A stretch of DNA of 64,000 nucleotides from Neophaeotheca triangularis (GCA_054600435.1 BAAIJX010000003.1:558001-622000), one strand, 5' to 3'. Positions 23,100 through 35,575 are shown, counted from the stretch's first letter. Made by a program: numbers and translations. Notes: a model not told the origin generated them from the letters alone.

Positions 23100-24172
23100 A
23101 TGGCCACTGCCACCGCCATATCACCTCAAACAGCCGGTATAAAGCGCCGCGCAACCGATGACACCGACGCGAACACTACGCAGCACAAAAGGCAGCGCAT
23201 CCAGCACGAGACCAGGAACACCCAGCAACAACCAGTGAAGCATATAGAACCGGCTCTACAAGATCAGGAACATCCCAGCATTCAGCTAGCGAAAAGTGTT
23301 GGCACGGCACTCACTCTTGCCGGCTACGATGCTGTGCGACCAGAGGCTTTGGAGATGTTCAAGTCGCATGCTGAAGAATGTACGCAAGAGAAGCTACTCA
23401 TGATGAAAATCCCGGCTGATCAGGTACTCCAGATATGCTTGCCTTCCTATCCAACGTTCGCATGTCCATGACTGGATCAAGACGGACAACACCCACCGCG
23501 CTCGACTTCACTGTAGCTACCTCTTCCACGCCGAATGCCCCGGGTGCATCGCCACTGAAACCTCAACTACACCTTCCTCTTCCACCATCCATCGCGCTCC
23601 CATCATTACCAGAACCCGAACCGGAACGCCAAGATGCGCCGGAGCTCGACGACCTACTGGAGCCGCTACTCGAAACGAAGCCCCCTTCATACATACCATC
23701 CCACTTTCCCAAACTCCCAGCTCAGCACGCATGGAAGAGCACAGATGTTTTCGCACAGCGTGAAAAGGACGCGAGGAAGATGCGAGAGCAAGCGACACAG
23801 GACGGAAAGGACGCTGAGAATGCTCTGAGAAAGCTCGCCGCAGCCGCTAAGCAGGGCGCGATGAAAGCTGAAAGAGCCGAGAGAAGGAGGAGTAGCTTGC
23901 CGCTGGCTGATCTGGGGAGGATGCGAAATGGGCAGACCGGAATGGCGCAGGGCGGTAGGGGTAAAGGCAAGGTCAAACAGAAGAAGGACGATGTGCTGGC
24001 GGATTTGCTGAACGAGATGGACGATGGAGATGCCAGGGACGAGGCAGGGTCTGGCGAGTCTGGTGTGGAGGGAATGGATGCTGCGGATATTGGGATGTCG
24101 AAAGGCGTGGTGGTGAATCATGACGTGACTCATTGGAGGAGAGGAGCTGCGACACAGGGTCTGAGGCTTTGA
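23100..24172 (+). CDS. TAF8: TFIID subunit 8 (bromodomain-associated histone fold + TAF8_C); exons 23100-23379, 23433-24172
   Basis: GYDAVRPEALEMF...EEYML...RRTTPT..DF and PSYIPSHFPKLPAQHAWKST...RE.AT..G..AE.ALRKL. Intron GTACGC...GCTGAT...CAG. Confidence 0.85.
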
Positions 24173-24597
24173 GAGGAGAAGGCGCGCTGCCATGGTTGGA
24201 TAAGAATGCCAATGTTGACAGAGGAAATAGCAGCGGGATACTTCAGCTGAAGGGCGGGTGGCACGCGCAAAGGGCAGAGGTAGGCACCGGGGATTCCGGT
24301 GTATTTCACTGCACAATCACGAAGCGCTAGTGCTGAGGATAGTGCCATGATTTCCTCCTCTAGAGCCATACACTGGGCTTGCTTCATCAACCAACATTAC
24401 GAGCGCCTAAGAAGTGAGAAGATGAACAGAAGACGAGAGAGATAATAAAGGATACGCCTTTCTTTTTAGAGATACCCAAATTACAAGCGATCGCTTTTCC
24501 TTATTTCAAGGGTGAAGTCCGATAATTGATTGCTTAAAAACCTCTTTGATTGATCACGTGCACGCGCGTCTCACGCCCGCGGCCTCACCCCTCTCCA

Positions 24598-24964
24598 TCA
24601 CCTATCATAAACATCCTCCCAACTCGTAGTCTCAACGGTCAAACCATTCGCGCACCTAAGAAACCACCCCATCAGCTTCCATAACGAACCAATCGTCCCT
24701 TTGCCACTCAGACCCAACGACCGCAAACTTCCACCAAAAGAGGCGGGAAAACACTCACTGCCTGAACAACCGCAAGACCGGCTCACAGACAACCTTGGTC
24801 TTCGGATCCCCCCTCGGGCCCTCTAGAATACACGAATACTGAATCAGCTCTTTGAGAGCGCAGTCCTTGAGCGGTCTCGCGTTTTTGCGCACGTTGCCGC
24901 TGGGCAGTTTCTTGATGCGTTGTTCCAGTAGTGCCAGGTGGAAGGCTTCGACTTGCGGTGCCAT
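24598..24964 (-). CDS. SOM1: Mitochondrial inner membrane peptidase subunit Som1-like; exons 24964-24759, 24655-24598
   Basis: Spliced product MAPQV...LKDCALKELIQYSC...VVCEPVLRLFRQCANGLTVETTSWE matches the Som1 Cys pattern. Intron GTGAGT...TTAG. Confidence 0.85.
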
Positions 24965-25055
24965 ACGGCTTTGAGAGTGGAGGGTTGGGAGGGTTGAGGG
25001 CGAATTGGATTTGGTCGTGGTGCTGCTGCTGCTGTTTGGGGAGATTTCGTTTGTG

Positions 25056-26203
25056 ATGGCGGAGGCTTTGGGGAAGAAGTTGTTGGGGGAGGTTGAGGAG
25101 GTGGGGTTGGGTGAGGTTCGTGCTTTGGGATCTCTGGGATTTTGATGGTTGTACTTGTGCTGGTGCTGACTTTTTTTTTTACATGGATTTGGCAGATACT
25201 TGATGAGTTACGCTTTGCGAATGATACGGGAGGGGGGCAGTTGGGCATTAAGCATGTTGACCGCTTTTTGAGAACGATTGTTGAAGCACGGTCTTCTACG
25301 GCGAGATCGAACTATGCTGGCCAGCCGTTGGTCGAACTACACTCTCTCGCCCCGGGTAGCGGGAGCACGCAGTTGGTCTACTATCTTACCGCTATGGCGA
25401 CGCTACCACAGCAGTTTGGCGGCCAACAGGCGACTGTAGCCTTCATAGACACCGATTCCAGTTACTCGGTAAAACGACAAGCCCGCATAATGCAAGACAT
25501 AGTCAGCCGCCACCCAGAACCACCCAACCACAACTCCCAGGACGTTGTCGAAACGGCGCTCTCGCACGTCCACGTTTTCCGACCGCAGTCCTTTCTCTCC
25601 CTGACAGCCACTGTTCAAGGCTTACCGACCTACTTTCTCGACGGAGACCTACACTACTCGCTCGACCGAAGACTCGCCTTCATCGCCATAGATTCAGCCT
25701 CAGCCTTCTACTGGCAGGAGAAAGCCGAAAGCGAAGAAGCCGCTTTCCTCGCCTCGACGGAGGGCGCAGCGCGTCGAGCCGGCTCTACACCAACAGGCTA
25801 CGCGCAACTATCCAAAATTCTGAGAGAGGCGTGTAAAACCCTCAACTGCCCGGCCATTGTAACAACTCGACAACTGAACGCCGTACAGAGCAAGACTCGC
25901 GACTATCAGCATTACGGCCAGGAGCAAGAAGAGAATTCCGTGCGGCCCCAGCTCCCGGCTCTCAACCCTACCCTCCGGCTCGTCGTACGTAGACTTCCAA
26001 TTCGCAAACTGCCGCCGGGTATTGGTGTCGAGGACGCGGCGCGGGAGGCTGAGAACAGGCAGAAGGCGGTGGGAGAAGGGAAGTTCGAATGCTCAGTTAA
26101 TCAGTGGGATCTTGATGCGAGGACCGTGGGGAAGGTGCAGAGATCCGGGGGTGATGGGTTTGGCTTCCGTGTTGTTGAGGCGGGTGTTGAGTGCGATGAC
26201 TGA
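25056..26203 (+). CDS. Rad51 paralog, XRCC2-like DNA repair protein; exons 25056-25115, 25196-26203
   Basis: Exon 1 MAEALGKKLLGEVEEVGLGE, then intron GTTCGT...GCTGAC...CAG. RecA-fold motifs LVELHSLAPGSGSTQL, AFIDTD, HVHVFRPQS and IAIDSASAFYW. Confidence 0.8.
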
Positions 26204-27217
26204 TGTGTAGTTGTGTTCCTTGAACCGCTACAGGGGTAAGTAGCTTTCCAAAGGCAGAGTCTGGTGGTCTGTTGCTTATTAGATAGTACCTTCCTCGAGG
26301 CCACCCGGGAAGGGTGATTCCAGCAACATGGCCACTCGCCTCGTGCCAACTCATCAATAAGTTAACCCCAGTGTGTGTCGGATGTGCAAAGACCAGGAGC
26401 TGGATGGAGTTCAAGACAGACTACCGAGGCAACACGTGTACGATCGCGATCGCGCGTAATCTAAGACGGAAGTCTAGCCGGAGGTGATTGGTGAAGCGCC
26501 GTCTCTTGCAGTGGTATCCAACTGCGGCCTCAAGGTGGACATCACCACTGCAGACCAAGTGCGTCGTACCGTAGAGATAACGGACCTTGGTGGTCTAGAC
26601 GCAGTGAGTGGTCAGCAAGATGTAGACCCCAGACATACAGTATCTGTACGTCTCGTAGATACCTAGACAAAGCACCTACTGTAACACGTGACTTGTCGTT
26701 TACGGCTCGGCTGATAGGCGCCAAGGATTTGATCCGAGCTTCCCCTCGCCGGCGGTAACGAGTCCAATCTCCCGTCTCTTTTGGTCGTCTGACTAATAAA
26801 ACACGCTGTCGCTGCGCTTGGTTTTTCTTACAATACCCATGACCTCACTTCTGACCTCACTCACTTCCTCCTCCTCCGTCATCAGACATTGAGCAAACGC
26901 CCTGTTGCCCACGCACGCACGCACGCACGCCCGACCGCAAGAGTCACGTTGTACAGGAAGCGCGCATTGATCTTTTGTTCTCTTTCTCGCAGCTTGGCTC
27001 GGCAGGTCCCAAAGAGGCTCCCGCGGACCCATCCCCGTCTTTGTTGCTGTGAAGGAGCTGCGATCGGTCGCACGCAAGTGGCGAATCTGCTCTCTGCGCA
27101 GCTGCTGTTGCGAGAGCCCTCGAGCCCTCGAGCCCTCGAAGCCCCGCGAGATACCCCGTCCGCTCCGTTTCGTTTCTCGACCGGCACCAGACGGCATCAA
27201 TCATTGGTATTTTGGAG

Positions 27218-27433
27218 GTGAGTCTTCGCAAACAATGCCTGCATTCGACATTGACGATTTGATGGGAGCGCGCACTGCTGGGGCTGGACGTGTCGATGGC
27301 TTCAATACAATGCCCATTTGCCACCGTTGGTTCAGTGACCGCGTCTAATAACACCGCCCTCATCAACGCGCAACCACGGCGATCGATTGCATGAACCGCA
27401 CAGTCCAAAATTGCTGACACCAATAATTCACAG
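27218..27433 (+). other. Probable 5'UTR intron of the atf1 gene
   Basis: GAG|GTGAGT donor, GCTGAC branch point and CACAG acceptor, 125 nt upstream of the ATG at 27559. Confidence 0.6.
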
Positions 27434-27558
27434 GTCTAGGGAGATTGCGATAGTAATATAGTTGTGCGAGGTTGAACGGAAAGACCCAGGATCCTGGACC
27501 ACTTGGCTGGCTTTGAGCTCGAGGCAAGTGACGTCGTTGCCTTCCTTACGCCATCGAC

Positions 27559-29595
27559 ATGGCTACCGTTGCATCGCGACAATCTCCTGCTGTCGGATCG
27601 AACAATATGAGCGCGCATTCATCGCCGCGCAACTCGAACAAGGAATCAGGTATGTTCGCCTCCTTCATTGTGCTGATTCGGCTTTTGCCATCCTTGGGCG
27701 CATCGTCGCCGTGCCTTGGACGCCAGTGGCCATCGCTATTGATACAATACCATCATGGTTCGGGATGCTAACAAACCATTGCAGGTATCAAAGAGGAGAA
27801 CCCGGCTGTCGAGGTCTCTAACGAAGCTGGTGGTAAGTTCTCCCCGTTGCCATCGCTTCCTACCTTGAACACGATACTAATCTCGCCGATCTTAGATTCG
27901 GCCCCTGCTAAACCAGAAAACAACGCCGACACCAAGCAATCTGACAACCCGCCTACGTCCAATGCGCAACCCCTTGCGCCCCCTCCTAAACCCAACCAGA
28001 ACGGCGACGACTACTTCAGCGGCCAACACAACGCCAGCCACCTCACCCGCGAGCCAAACCCCTTTGAGAGCGCATTTAGCGGAGGAAGTTCGACGGAAGG
28101 AAAATCGCAACTCCCAGGCATAGCACAACTCACATCTCCCGCGTCGCTGCTACCAGGAAGTGGAACACCAGGCTGGCCAGGCAGCCTACGCTCAGGACCA
28201 CTCAGTCCGGCCATGCTCACCGGCCCAACAGGGTCCAGCGACTACTTCAACAGTGACCATCATTTCGCAGGCAGCTTCCCGACACCGAACGAATCTTCTA
28301 TGCGCACAGGCCTCACACCCGGCGGAGGAGGTTCTATGTTCCCGCAACCCTCGCCCAACTCCCAAGCACTGTTCAGCCAGCTCCAAAGCGGCGGCGCGAC
28401 GCCCGGAACCCTCGACTTTCATCGCACAGCAATGACGGCGCGGGCTCACAGCCAAGCAGGTGGCTACGGTCTGACGCAAAACGGGCAAACATCTCAACCG
28501 CAACAGAACCCAAACATCCAGCCCGACCTTGACAGCAAACCGTACGCGTCGAACACGTCTCAGCCCCAGCAGCAAGGCCCGCAACAATCTCAGCAGCAGC
28601 AGCAGCAAGAAGAGAACAGGCAAGATCCATTCAGCTCGCACCAGACCAACGACGCTGCCAACGGACTGTTCATGTTGGCGCAGGCTGGTGGACAACAGCA
28701 ACAAAGGAATGGACAACATGGATACGGAGTGCAGCAGCAACAGCCTCAGCAGCAATACCAGCAGAACATTCCGCAGCAGCCGCAGCAACAGCAACAGCAT
28801 GGGACTTCGCCAGACATGAACAACCGTGGGCCTAAGGGCAGCATCGGCAGCACAATGTCTGGAAGCACCGAGAACGGACAAGGCGACTATTCCGACGGCA
28901 GCGTCGACGTGAAGCCAGCGCGTGGAGGGCGTGGCGGTAAAAAGGGTTCGGCTGGTAAAGGTGCCGCAAATGCAAAGAGGAAGAACGAGGAAACTCCCAG
29001 CAGGCCACAGAACAACAAGCGGCAGCGTGGTGCCAACGGAGAATCGCTGCAGGGAAGCGAGGAGCCTGAAGACGAACCGAGTCCCGAGATGGAAGAGAAT
29101 GGCCCAGACGGACGAAAAATGACCGACGAGGAGAAGCGCAAAAACTTCCTCGAACGCAACAGGTAAGCGTAGTTTGGACTTTCAGTAGTGCGGGACTTCA
29201 GCTAACTGTGATCTAGGGTCGCCGCCCTGAAATGTCGTCAAAGGAAGAAGCAATGGCTTGCCAACCTGCAGCAAAAGGTCGAAATTTTTAGCACCGAAAA
29301 CGACGCCCTGGCTGCGACGGTTACGCAGCTGAGAGAGGAAATTGTCGGACTCAAGACTCTTCTACTCGCTCACAAAGATTGCCCTGTTTCCGTCCAGCAA
29401 GGTATTAGCGGCATGGCCATGCAGCAGATTGCCGGACAAGATCACTACAATACACATCCCTACGGCATGGGTCTACCTGGTGGACCGGGCAACATGCAAC
29501 AGAACCAGATGCAACAGGGGGGCATGCAGAGGAGGTAGATCGACACTATCAACCATCGAAAAACTGGCAGCGATGCTAATATCTACCACAGCTAG
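27559..29595 (+). CDS. atf1: ATF/CREB bZIP transcription factor Atf1/AtfA; exons 27559-27649, 27785-27832, 27896-29162, 29217-29534, 29592-29595 (stops at 29538 if the last intron is retained)
   Basis: Aft1 OSA/HRA/HRR-type motifs (EPNPFE, SLRSGPLSPAML, RTGLTPGGGGSMFP) and the bZIP MTDEEKRKNFLERNRVAALKCRQRKKQWLANLQ...LLAHKDCP, which is restored by splicing. Confidence 0.93.
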
Positions 29596-30723
29596 CAGCC
29601 CTCTCACACCACCCTGGAGAGCGATCAAGACGCTTCGAACTACGAGTGTCACGAACGCATGAGAGCGTACATGCGCGCAAAAAGCCAGCCAGGTGCGATT
29701 GGCGGCAATTTTCCATCATAATGTACACAATACCTCATGGCCTTTTACCGATTTTATGACGGCGCTTTGGCGACTGGAGGAGACTGGCGGTGTTTTAGCA
29801 CAAACGGAGGCGCAGATGCTTTGCGGGTGGTATACTATCTGTAGGGTTATCATGGCGTTTCTGGGCGGTAGGGCAAAACACAGGAGATTGCAGGGAGACC
29901 TATCTCTTGGAGTGGCAAGCAACTCAGTAGATGGACAACGCCGCCCTTTGCTATGATAGCTTTAGTACAGTACATACGGCATAACTTTCTACCATCAGGT
30001 TCGTTGACGTGTGATGGCTGTACTGACCGAGCTGGTTGAGCTGGACACCGACAACTGTCGCGAGACTTGGATCAAGTTGTTGAAGATATCTATGGATTGA
30101 AGACGCCAGCCTTGCGGCGTTGAATGATATACGGTAGGCGATGAGCGCAGGGCAGGAAGAACAAGTCGCGAGCCTCGCGATTAACGATATGGAATGTTCC
30201 ACGCATAATCTTCATCGTACCTCTCCTCCTAGAATCTGCTGTAGTTGAGATTGCGGTCTTTACCCACAAGTAGGTAGGCAAATAGGTAGCGTACAGAGAC
30301 AAAGCGGGTCAGAGTGGAACGGCAGATTAGCGGGGATTACGATGAAAGCCGGGGGAACAAGGGACGGCTCGAGTAGTGTTTCAAACGTCCAGACCACGGA
30401 GCACTCTCTCCACTTCATGCCGGCCCCAGGACCGGCGGTGGTGCTGTCGTCGCACATCATCTCGACATACGCACTCTGATCAGACCTTGGATTCGACATT
30501 TCTCCATTCGTTTCCTCGTCACATTTACTCGATCTTTCTGACCTTGACCAACAAAGCCTGGCTTCTACAATCCCCTGGGCTGGGCCACGTCTGGATACTG
30601 GCACCACTGCGACTGCGATTACAGCTTGCCCTCGTCGAACGATTTGTGTAAAAAGGAGCAGGGACTTGTCCGCTTGAACGCCTGCGACCTTGGACTAGGA
30701 CGATAACCCTTCACTGGGCCAAC

Positions 30724-32227
30724 ATGGCCACAAGTGTAAGCAGCAAGATATCTTACGGTACGTCCGTTCCAGCATCCTCAAAAGGCGAGTGTTCTAGCAT
30801 ATCCCCCTAACGCTACTGCAGAGGCTACACGCACCTTGCGAAGCATCTTCAAACGCTGCGTTGAATGCCCTTCTCAAGCGCCATCATGTCCCGATTGCAA
30901 AGACGACCAGATCTGCTCCCTGGTGCCCGAGGACTGCGACACATGCGCTTACATGACTTGCGTGGATGATCCGAACCCCCCACCTTCGTCCTCGGGACCT
31001 AATGTGGGAGCTATCGCAGGAGGAGTTATAGGCGGCGTCGTGGCGGTTGCAATCGTGGTCTTCTTTGTCTGGCGGTTTTGGATCAAAAAGAAGCGGGAGC
31101 AGATGGATTCCGAGGAATGGGAAGAAGAAGATGATGATATTGCACAGCAGAAGGGCGGCGACGAGCGACGGTTTACGGCCATGCACCACCATTCTCGTGC
31201 GGATGCTGCGTCCACGCGAACAAGGGGAAGCGTGGCGCAGAGCTTCCTCAGCCGCGCAAGCAACATCATCCAGATTGCGTACATCCCGGGTGGGACGAAC
31301 AGGAACAATTCGAACCACACCAGTGTGCATGGCGACGCGCCCGTGCCCCCAATACCAGCTGCAAGAGGCAACATGCCGAGGAGTCCATTGAGCAACAATG
31401 GCGAAGCGCTCTTCTTCAGGCCAGGGGATCTAAGGGATAGCAGCTACAGCGACACCGGATCAATTGCCTCTAACAATAGGGATACGCAGTACCGACAATC
31501 AATCACGCCTTCCCTGGCAAGAAGCTCCGTCGCTTCGACCATCTACCGCGACGACGGATCTTCCGAGCCCATGCCAGCGACGCAAGTACAAAGACTAGCA
31601 CCTCGCATGGTCTCCATCAACTCCCCTCAGAGTGGCGGCTCCCCTGCCGAAACCCCCGGTTCCGAGACTCCGCCCAAGTCTGCACCAGGCAATGGAAATG
31701 GCGTGCAGGTGATGATGCCCGGCCAATCATCCTCGACCTCCTCACCCCAAGGCTCCATCCGCTCGTACGCCAGGCCGACACAGGTCACAGTAGGCAAAGG
31801 CCGCATACCCGTACGACAACCCAGCGACACCGCATCCACGCGGTCGAAGAAGCACATGCCTAACGTCTCCTCTCCCTTGGCTGAGGCAGACGCATCGGAT
31901 GAAGACGACAACGAGGATGAACGCGAACGTGCCACACAGAGCCTCTACGGCAGCGATACTTCGCAACCCGCCGAGAGCCCCTTCTTTGACGAATCTGAGC
32001 GCCCTGCCCCGCTGAATCCGCAGCGGCCGAACCCGTATGCACGGATGGGTGCGAATATCGGCACGAGTGGTAATGACAGCCCGGAGAAGCGTGGAGGCAA
32101 GGGTATGGGTGGGCTGAGTGCAGTGATTGAGGAGGCTACCAAACGAGCCAGCTCGGTACCCAGTCACGAGGGTTTGGGCGGGAGACGGGATCGAAGTCCC
32201 TTTGGCGATGAGCACTCGACCAGTTGA
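30724..32227 (+). CDS. OPY2: Membrane anchor Opy2; exons 30724-30757, 30822-32227
   Basis: Cys-rich Opy2 domain (CVECP...SCPDC...CSL...CDTC...C), one TM helix (GAIAGGVIGGVVAV...) and the RASNIIQIAYIPG motif. Confidence 0.9.
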
Positions 32228-32867
32228 GGAAATCATATTCGAGAAATGGGCACGTAACCGTGCTGTCCGGACGGCGTGATGGTGCTCACCTCACGTGAAG
32301 TCACGGGCATAAAAGGCGTTTGTTTTACAAAGGATGTTCTCGAAACCTTTGATCGAGGGAAATTGGGCGCGGCGTTTGTGAGGACCAAAGCGAGATAACA
32401 CGCCAGTCCCTGGGACATGTCTGGTTCATGACTTGCCGCGAAGAGTGCTGGGAACCTTCTAGGGTGAGGGCGTTCTTTCTGTGATGTTTGCGAGGTTCGA
32501 ATCTCGAGAGAATTCGCTTTCTATTCAATACCCATATATGTCGTTTATTTATTTCACGTTGACCAATCTACCCAGCAACTCCATCTCCCTGCCCTTGGAC
32601 AACAGAGGTGCAGGTATTCAAGATCACGTGCTTTTGCAAAGGAAGGTGGGCAATTGCTTAATCGTCCAGAGAAGATTTGAGAAGACATGCAGTGGAGGTG
32701 ATTTGTCTAGCGTGTAGACTTCAAAACCCGGCCTGCGATGTCGGCACAGGCTTGACGTGCCTTCCTAATCGGGCAAGTCCATACCTCAGCATCGAGACTT
32801 CAAGATCTATTGTTATCGACGCTCGCAATAGTGTTTTCACACAACATCAAACTCAGAACTAACAGTC

Positions 32868-34619
32868 ATGTCTATCGTCTCGCTCGCCACCGGCGACCCA
32901 ACCTGCACCACCGAAGACCTTCACGCCATTGCCGAAGCGAGCAATTTCGACATTGAGCCAAACTCGGCAAACGAACAGGCATTCCTATTATTCCAAAACA
33001 GTTTCGATGCAGTCTGCCAAAACATCAGTGATCTGCCGGAATACGTTGATCCGCGGCTTGTTCCTATCGAGGTCGAGACAGGCGAGAGGAAGTACTACCG
33101 GCCAACGACGGCAGAGAACCCGCTGAATGCTTGGTCTCATCGAACCAACCTCGTCTCGAGCAAAGAGGCTAGCAAACATGGATCTCTAGCTGGCAAAACA
33201 TTCGCTGTCAAGGACAATGTGTCCGTTGCTGGGTTGCCGCTTACTGTTGGCGCTTCCCCGGATCTTTTTAGGGGCGGAAAACACCCCATCAGCACCATCG
33301 ATGCCGTCGTTGTGCGCCGGATACTGGAAGCTGGGGGCACTATCAAGGGGACTTCGACTTGCGAGAACTTCTCGCTTTTCGCATTGAGTTATACCAGCGA
33401 CGGCGGCGTCGTGCATAATGCGTGGATGCCGGGCTACGCCACGGGAGGGTCGAGTAGTGGGTCTGGGTGTTTGGTAAGTATTGGCGATGTCAAAAATGCC
33501 AGAGAGGAAGGGAGAGATGGCAGAGACTACCCCCTCGGCGAAGGTGTTGATCTTGCGGTTGGAGGCGATCAGGGGGGTTCGATTAGACTGCCTGCTGCTT
33601 ATTCGGGCATCTTTGGACTAAAGCCTACCCATGGTTTAGTCCCTTACACCGGGATTGTGGGCTTGAGTCCTATGATCGACCACACTGGTCCGATGGCACG
33701 TACTGTCGAGGATACGGCGTTGATGCTCGGGGTCTTGGCGGGCTACGATGGCATCGACCCTCGTATGAGCCCTGAAACACCTCTACCATCTCAAGTCTCT
33801 GACTATGTTCGTGACCTCAACAAATGGGTCGAATCTAAGCAAGCCGCCGGAGAATGGACACCGACGACAGCAGCCAAGGGCCTCCGCATCGGTATCATCA
33901 AGGAAGCTTTCACGCTTCCTGGCATTTCCCCTGGAGTAGACTCCACTGTCCGCACGGCTGCCTCCCGCTTCACCTCCCTCGGCGCCAGCGTCCGCGAAAT
34001 CAGCATCCCCTTCCATCTCCAAGGCCCCTCTATCTGGACCGTCGCAACCCGCAGCATGATCAAGCGCTTCCTCGCCAACGAGCCCGCCGACTCCCTCTCC
34101 CACCCCTTACCAGGACTCGACCCCCTCCCCTTCGACCAAAACTTCTACACCACGGTCGCGAACCGCAACCCCGCCGTCGTAAATGTCCTCCTCAACGCCG
34201 CCCACCTCGACCGCCACCACGGACCCGCCATCATCCGCAAAGCACACATGCACGCTTTCCAGCTGCGCGCGGCCTACGACGAAGCCCTCCAAGACCTTGA
34301 CGTTCTCGTCACGCCCGTTAATCCCACCGTCGGGCCTAAGCTTCCGCCGCAATCGGCGCGGACTGACATTAACCCACACGGTAGGAGTGAGCGGTTGGCG
34401 GATCTTACTGAGCCGGCGATTGGCAATACGGGGAATACGGCTGGTTTTAATGTTTCCGGGCATCCGGCTATGAGTATGCCTGTCGGGTGGGGAAAGGTGG
34501 AGGGAGGGGGAGGAAGGTTGCCCGTCGGCATGCAGCTCGTGGCGAAGAGGTGGGATGAGGCGAGTATCTTTAAAGCCGCGAAGGCTTGGGAGGTTGGGGG
34601 GAGGTGGAGCGATTCTTGA
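32868..34619 (+). CDS. Amidase-signature family amidase
   Basis: 583-aa intronless ORF with FAVKDN (catalytic Lys), GGSSSGS, GGDQGGSIRLPAA...GLKPTHGLVP, DHTGPM and NVSGHPAMSMP. Confidence 0.92.
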   Translation: MSIVSLATGDPTCTTEDLHAIAEASNFDIEPNSANEQAFLLFQNSFDAVCQNISDLPEYVDPRLVPIEVETGERKYYRPTTAENPLNAWSHRTNLVSSKEASKHGSLAGKTFAVKDNVSVAGLPLTVGASPDLFRGGKHPISTIDAVVVRRILEAGGTIKGTSTCENFSLFALSYTSDGGVVHNAWMPGYATGGSSSGSGCLVSIGDVKNAREEGRDGRDYPLGEGVDLAVGGDQGGSIRLPAAYSGIFGLKPTHGLVPYTGIVGLSPMIDHTGPMARTVEDTALMLGVLAGYDGIDPRMSPETPLPSQVSDYVRDLNKWVESKQAAGEWTPTTAAKGLRIGIIKEAFTLPGISPGVDSTVRTAASRFTSLGASVREISIPFHLQGPSIWTVATRSMIKRFLANEPADSLSHPLPGLDPLPFDQNFYTTVANRNPAVVNVLLNAAHLDRHHGPAIIRKAHMHAFQLRAAYDEALQDLDVLVTPVNPTVGPKLPPQSARTDINPHGRSERLADLTEPAIGNTGNTAGFNVSGHPAMSMPVGWGKVEGGGGRLPVGMQLVAKRWDEASIFKAAKAWEVGGRWSDS

Positions 34620-34736
34620 GGGTGTGCTGGGGGATGAAGTACGCATTGTATAAGTGACCAGATACGGAGAAGCAAATTCCATGTGTGTATGTATGGCTCT
34701 AAACGACAATCATCTCGAGTCATCAACACTGGCCCT

Positions 34737-35541
34737 TCACTTTTGCAGCGGAAACCCAATACCCAACAACAAAGCCGGCTCGTCAATTTTGTGGTGCTGG
34801 TAGCTCAGCACGCCAACGCCACCGGGCTCCATCATTAAGCTCAGCGGGAACGACATATCATAGCCCAACCAGCGCTTAGCGAAAGCCCGAGTGAGATGCC
34901 CGTGAGCCACGATAACAACATCCTTGGGCTCCGTGTCGTGCATATGCGGCGCCTGGAATTCTCTGATCTCCTTGATAATGGCGTCGATGCGTGCTGTGAC
35001 TTGATCGGGGGTTCTAGTTTGCAGTGTCAGCAGGCAGCAGGCAGAAGAGTAGAAAAATCTCGAGCAGTTAAGAATACGCACTCGCCACCTTCACATCCGT
35101 CGCGCCAGATGTCCCATTCCCGCTGCTGGTCAAGTCCGTGAGCTTTACGCTTTTCTCTGATCTGCTTCGTCAAGAGACCCTCGTATTCGCTGCTAGTGTT
35201 AGAAAATACTTTGGACCACGACTTTGCGGGAGGGAGAAATCCTACCCATAATCCCACTCGGCCAGCCCTTCACGGACCTCATACCCGTCTTCCCGGCCCG
35301 ACAACAGTTGGAAAGTCTTGACAGCTCGAGAACGGGGACTCGTGAAGACCTTGGCGACTTTGGCGGGATCTATGAGTTTGCCTGGACCGTAGATTGTCTG
35401 TCCCGTGCCGAGGACCTGCTCTTCGCCGACTTTCAGAAGGGGTATGTCCGTGGTGCCGGTGTACTGTCCGGATTGAGACCATTCGGTCTGCCCGTGGCGA
35501 AGGATGAAGACACGAGGGGTTGAGGCGTCCTTGTCAGGCAT
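34737..35541 (-). CDS. Histidine phosphatase / phosphoglycerate mutase family, sedoheptulose-1,7-bisphosphatase (Shb17)-like; exons 35541-35246, 35189-35082, 35013-34737
   Basis: Motifs FILRHGQTEWS.SGQYTG.TDIPL, SPRSRA, EWDYGEYEG, WDIWRDGCEGGE and VAHGH. Two canonical introns. Confidence 0.88.
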
Positions 35542-35558
35542 TGTGATGAATATCGTAA

Positions 35559-35575
35559 ATATATATATATATATA
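35559..35575. repeat. (AT)n microsatellite in the 5' leader of the phosphatase gene
   Basis: atatatatatatatata, just upstream of the minus-strand ATG at 35541. Confidence 0.85.

Noticed and set aside
32490..32510. GGTTCGAATC T-loop/B-box-like motif suggesting a tRNA
   Set aside because: No 5-bp T-stem in canonical register and no acceptor, D or anticodon arms could be built. It lies in the OPY2 3' region.
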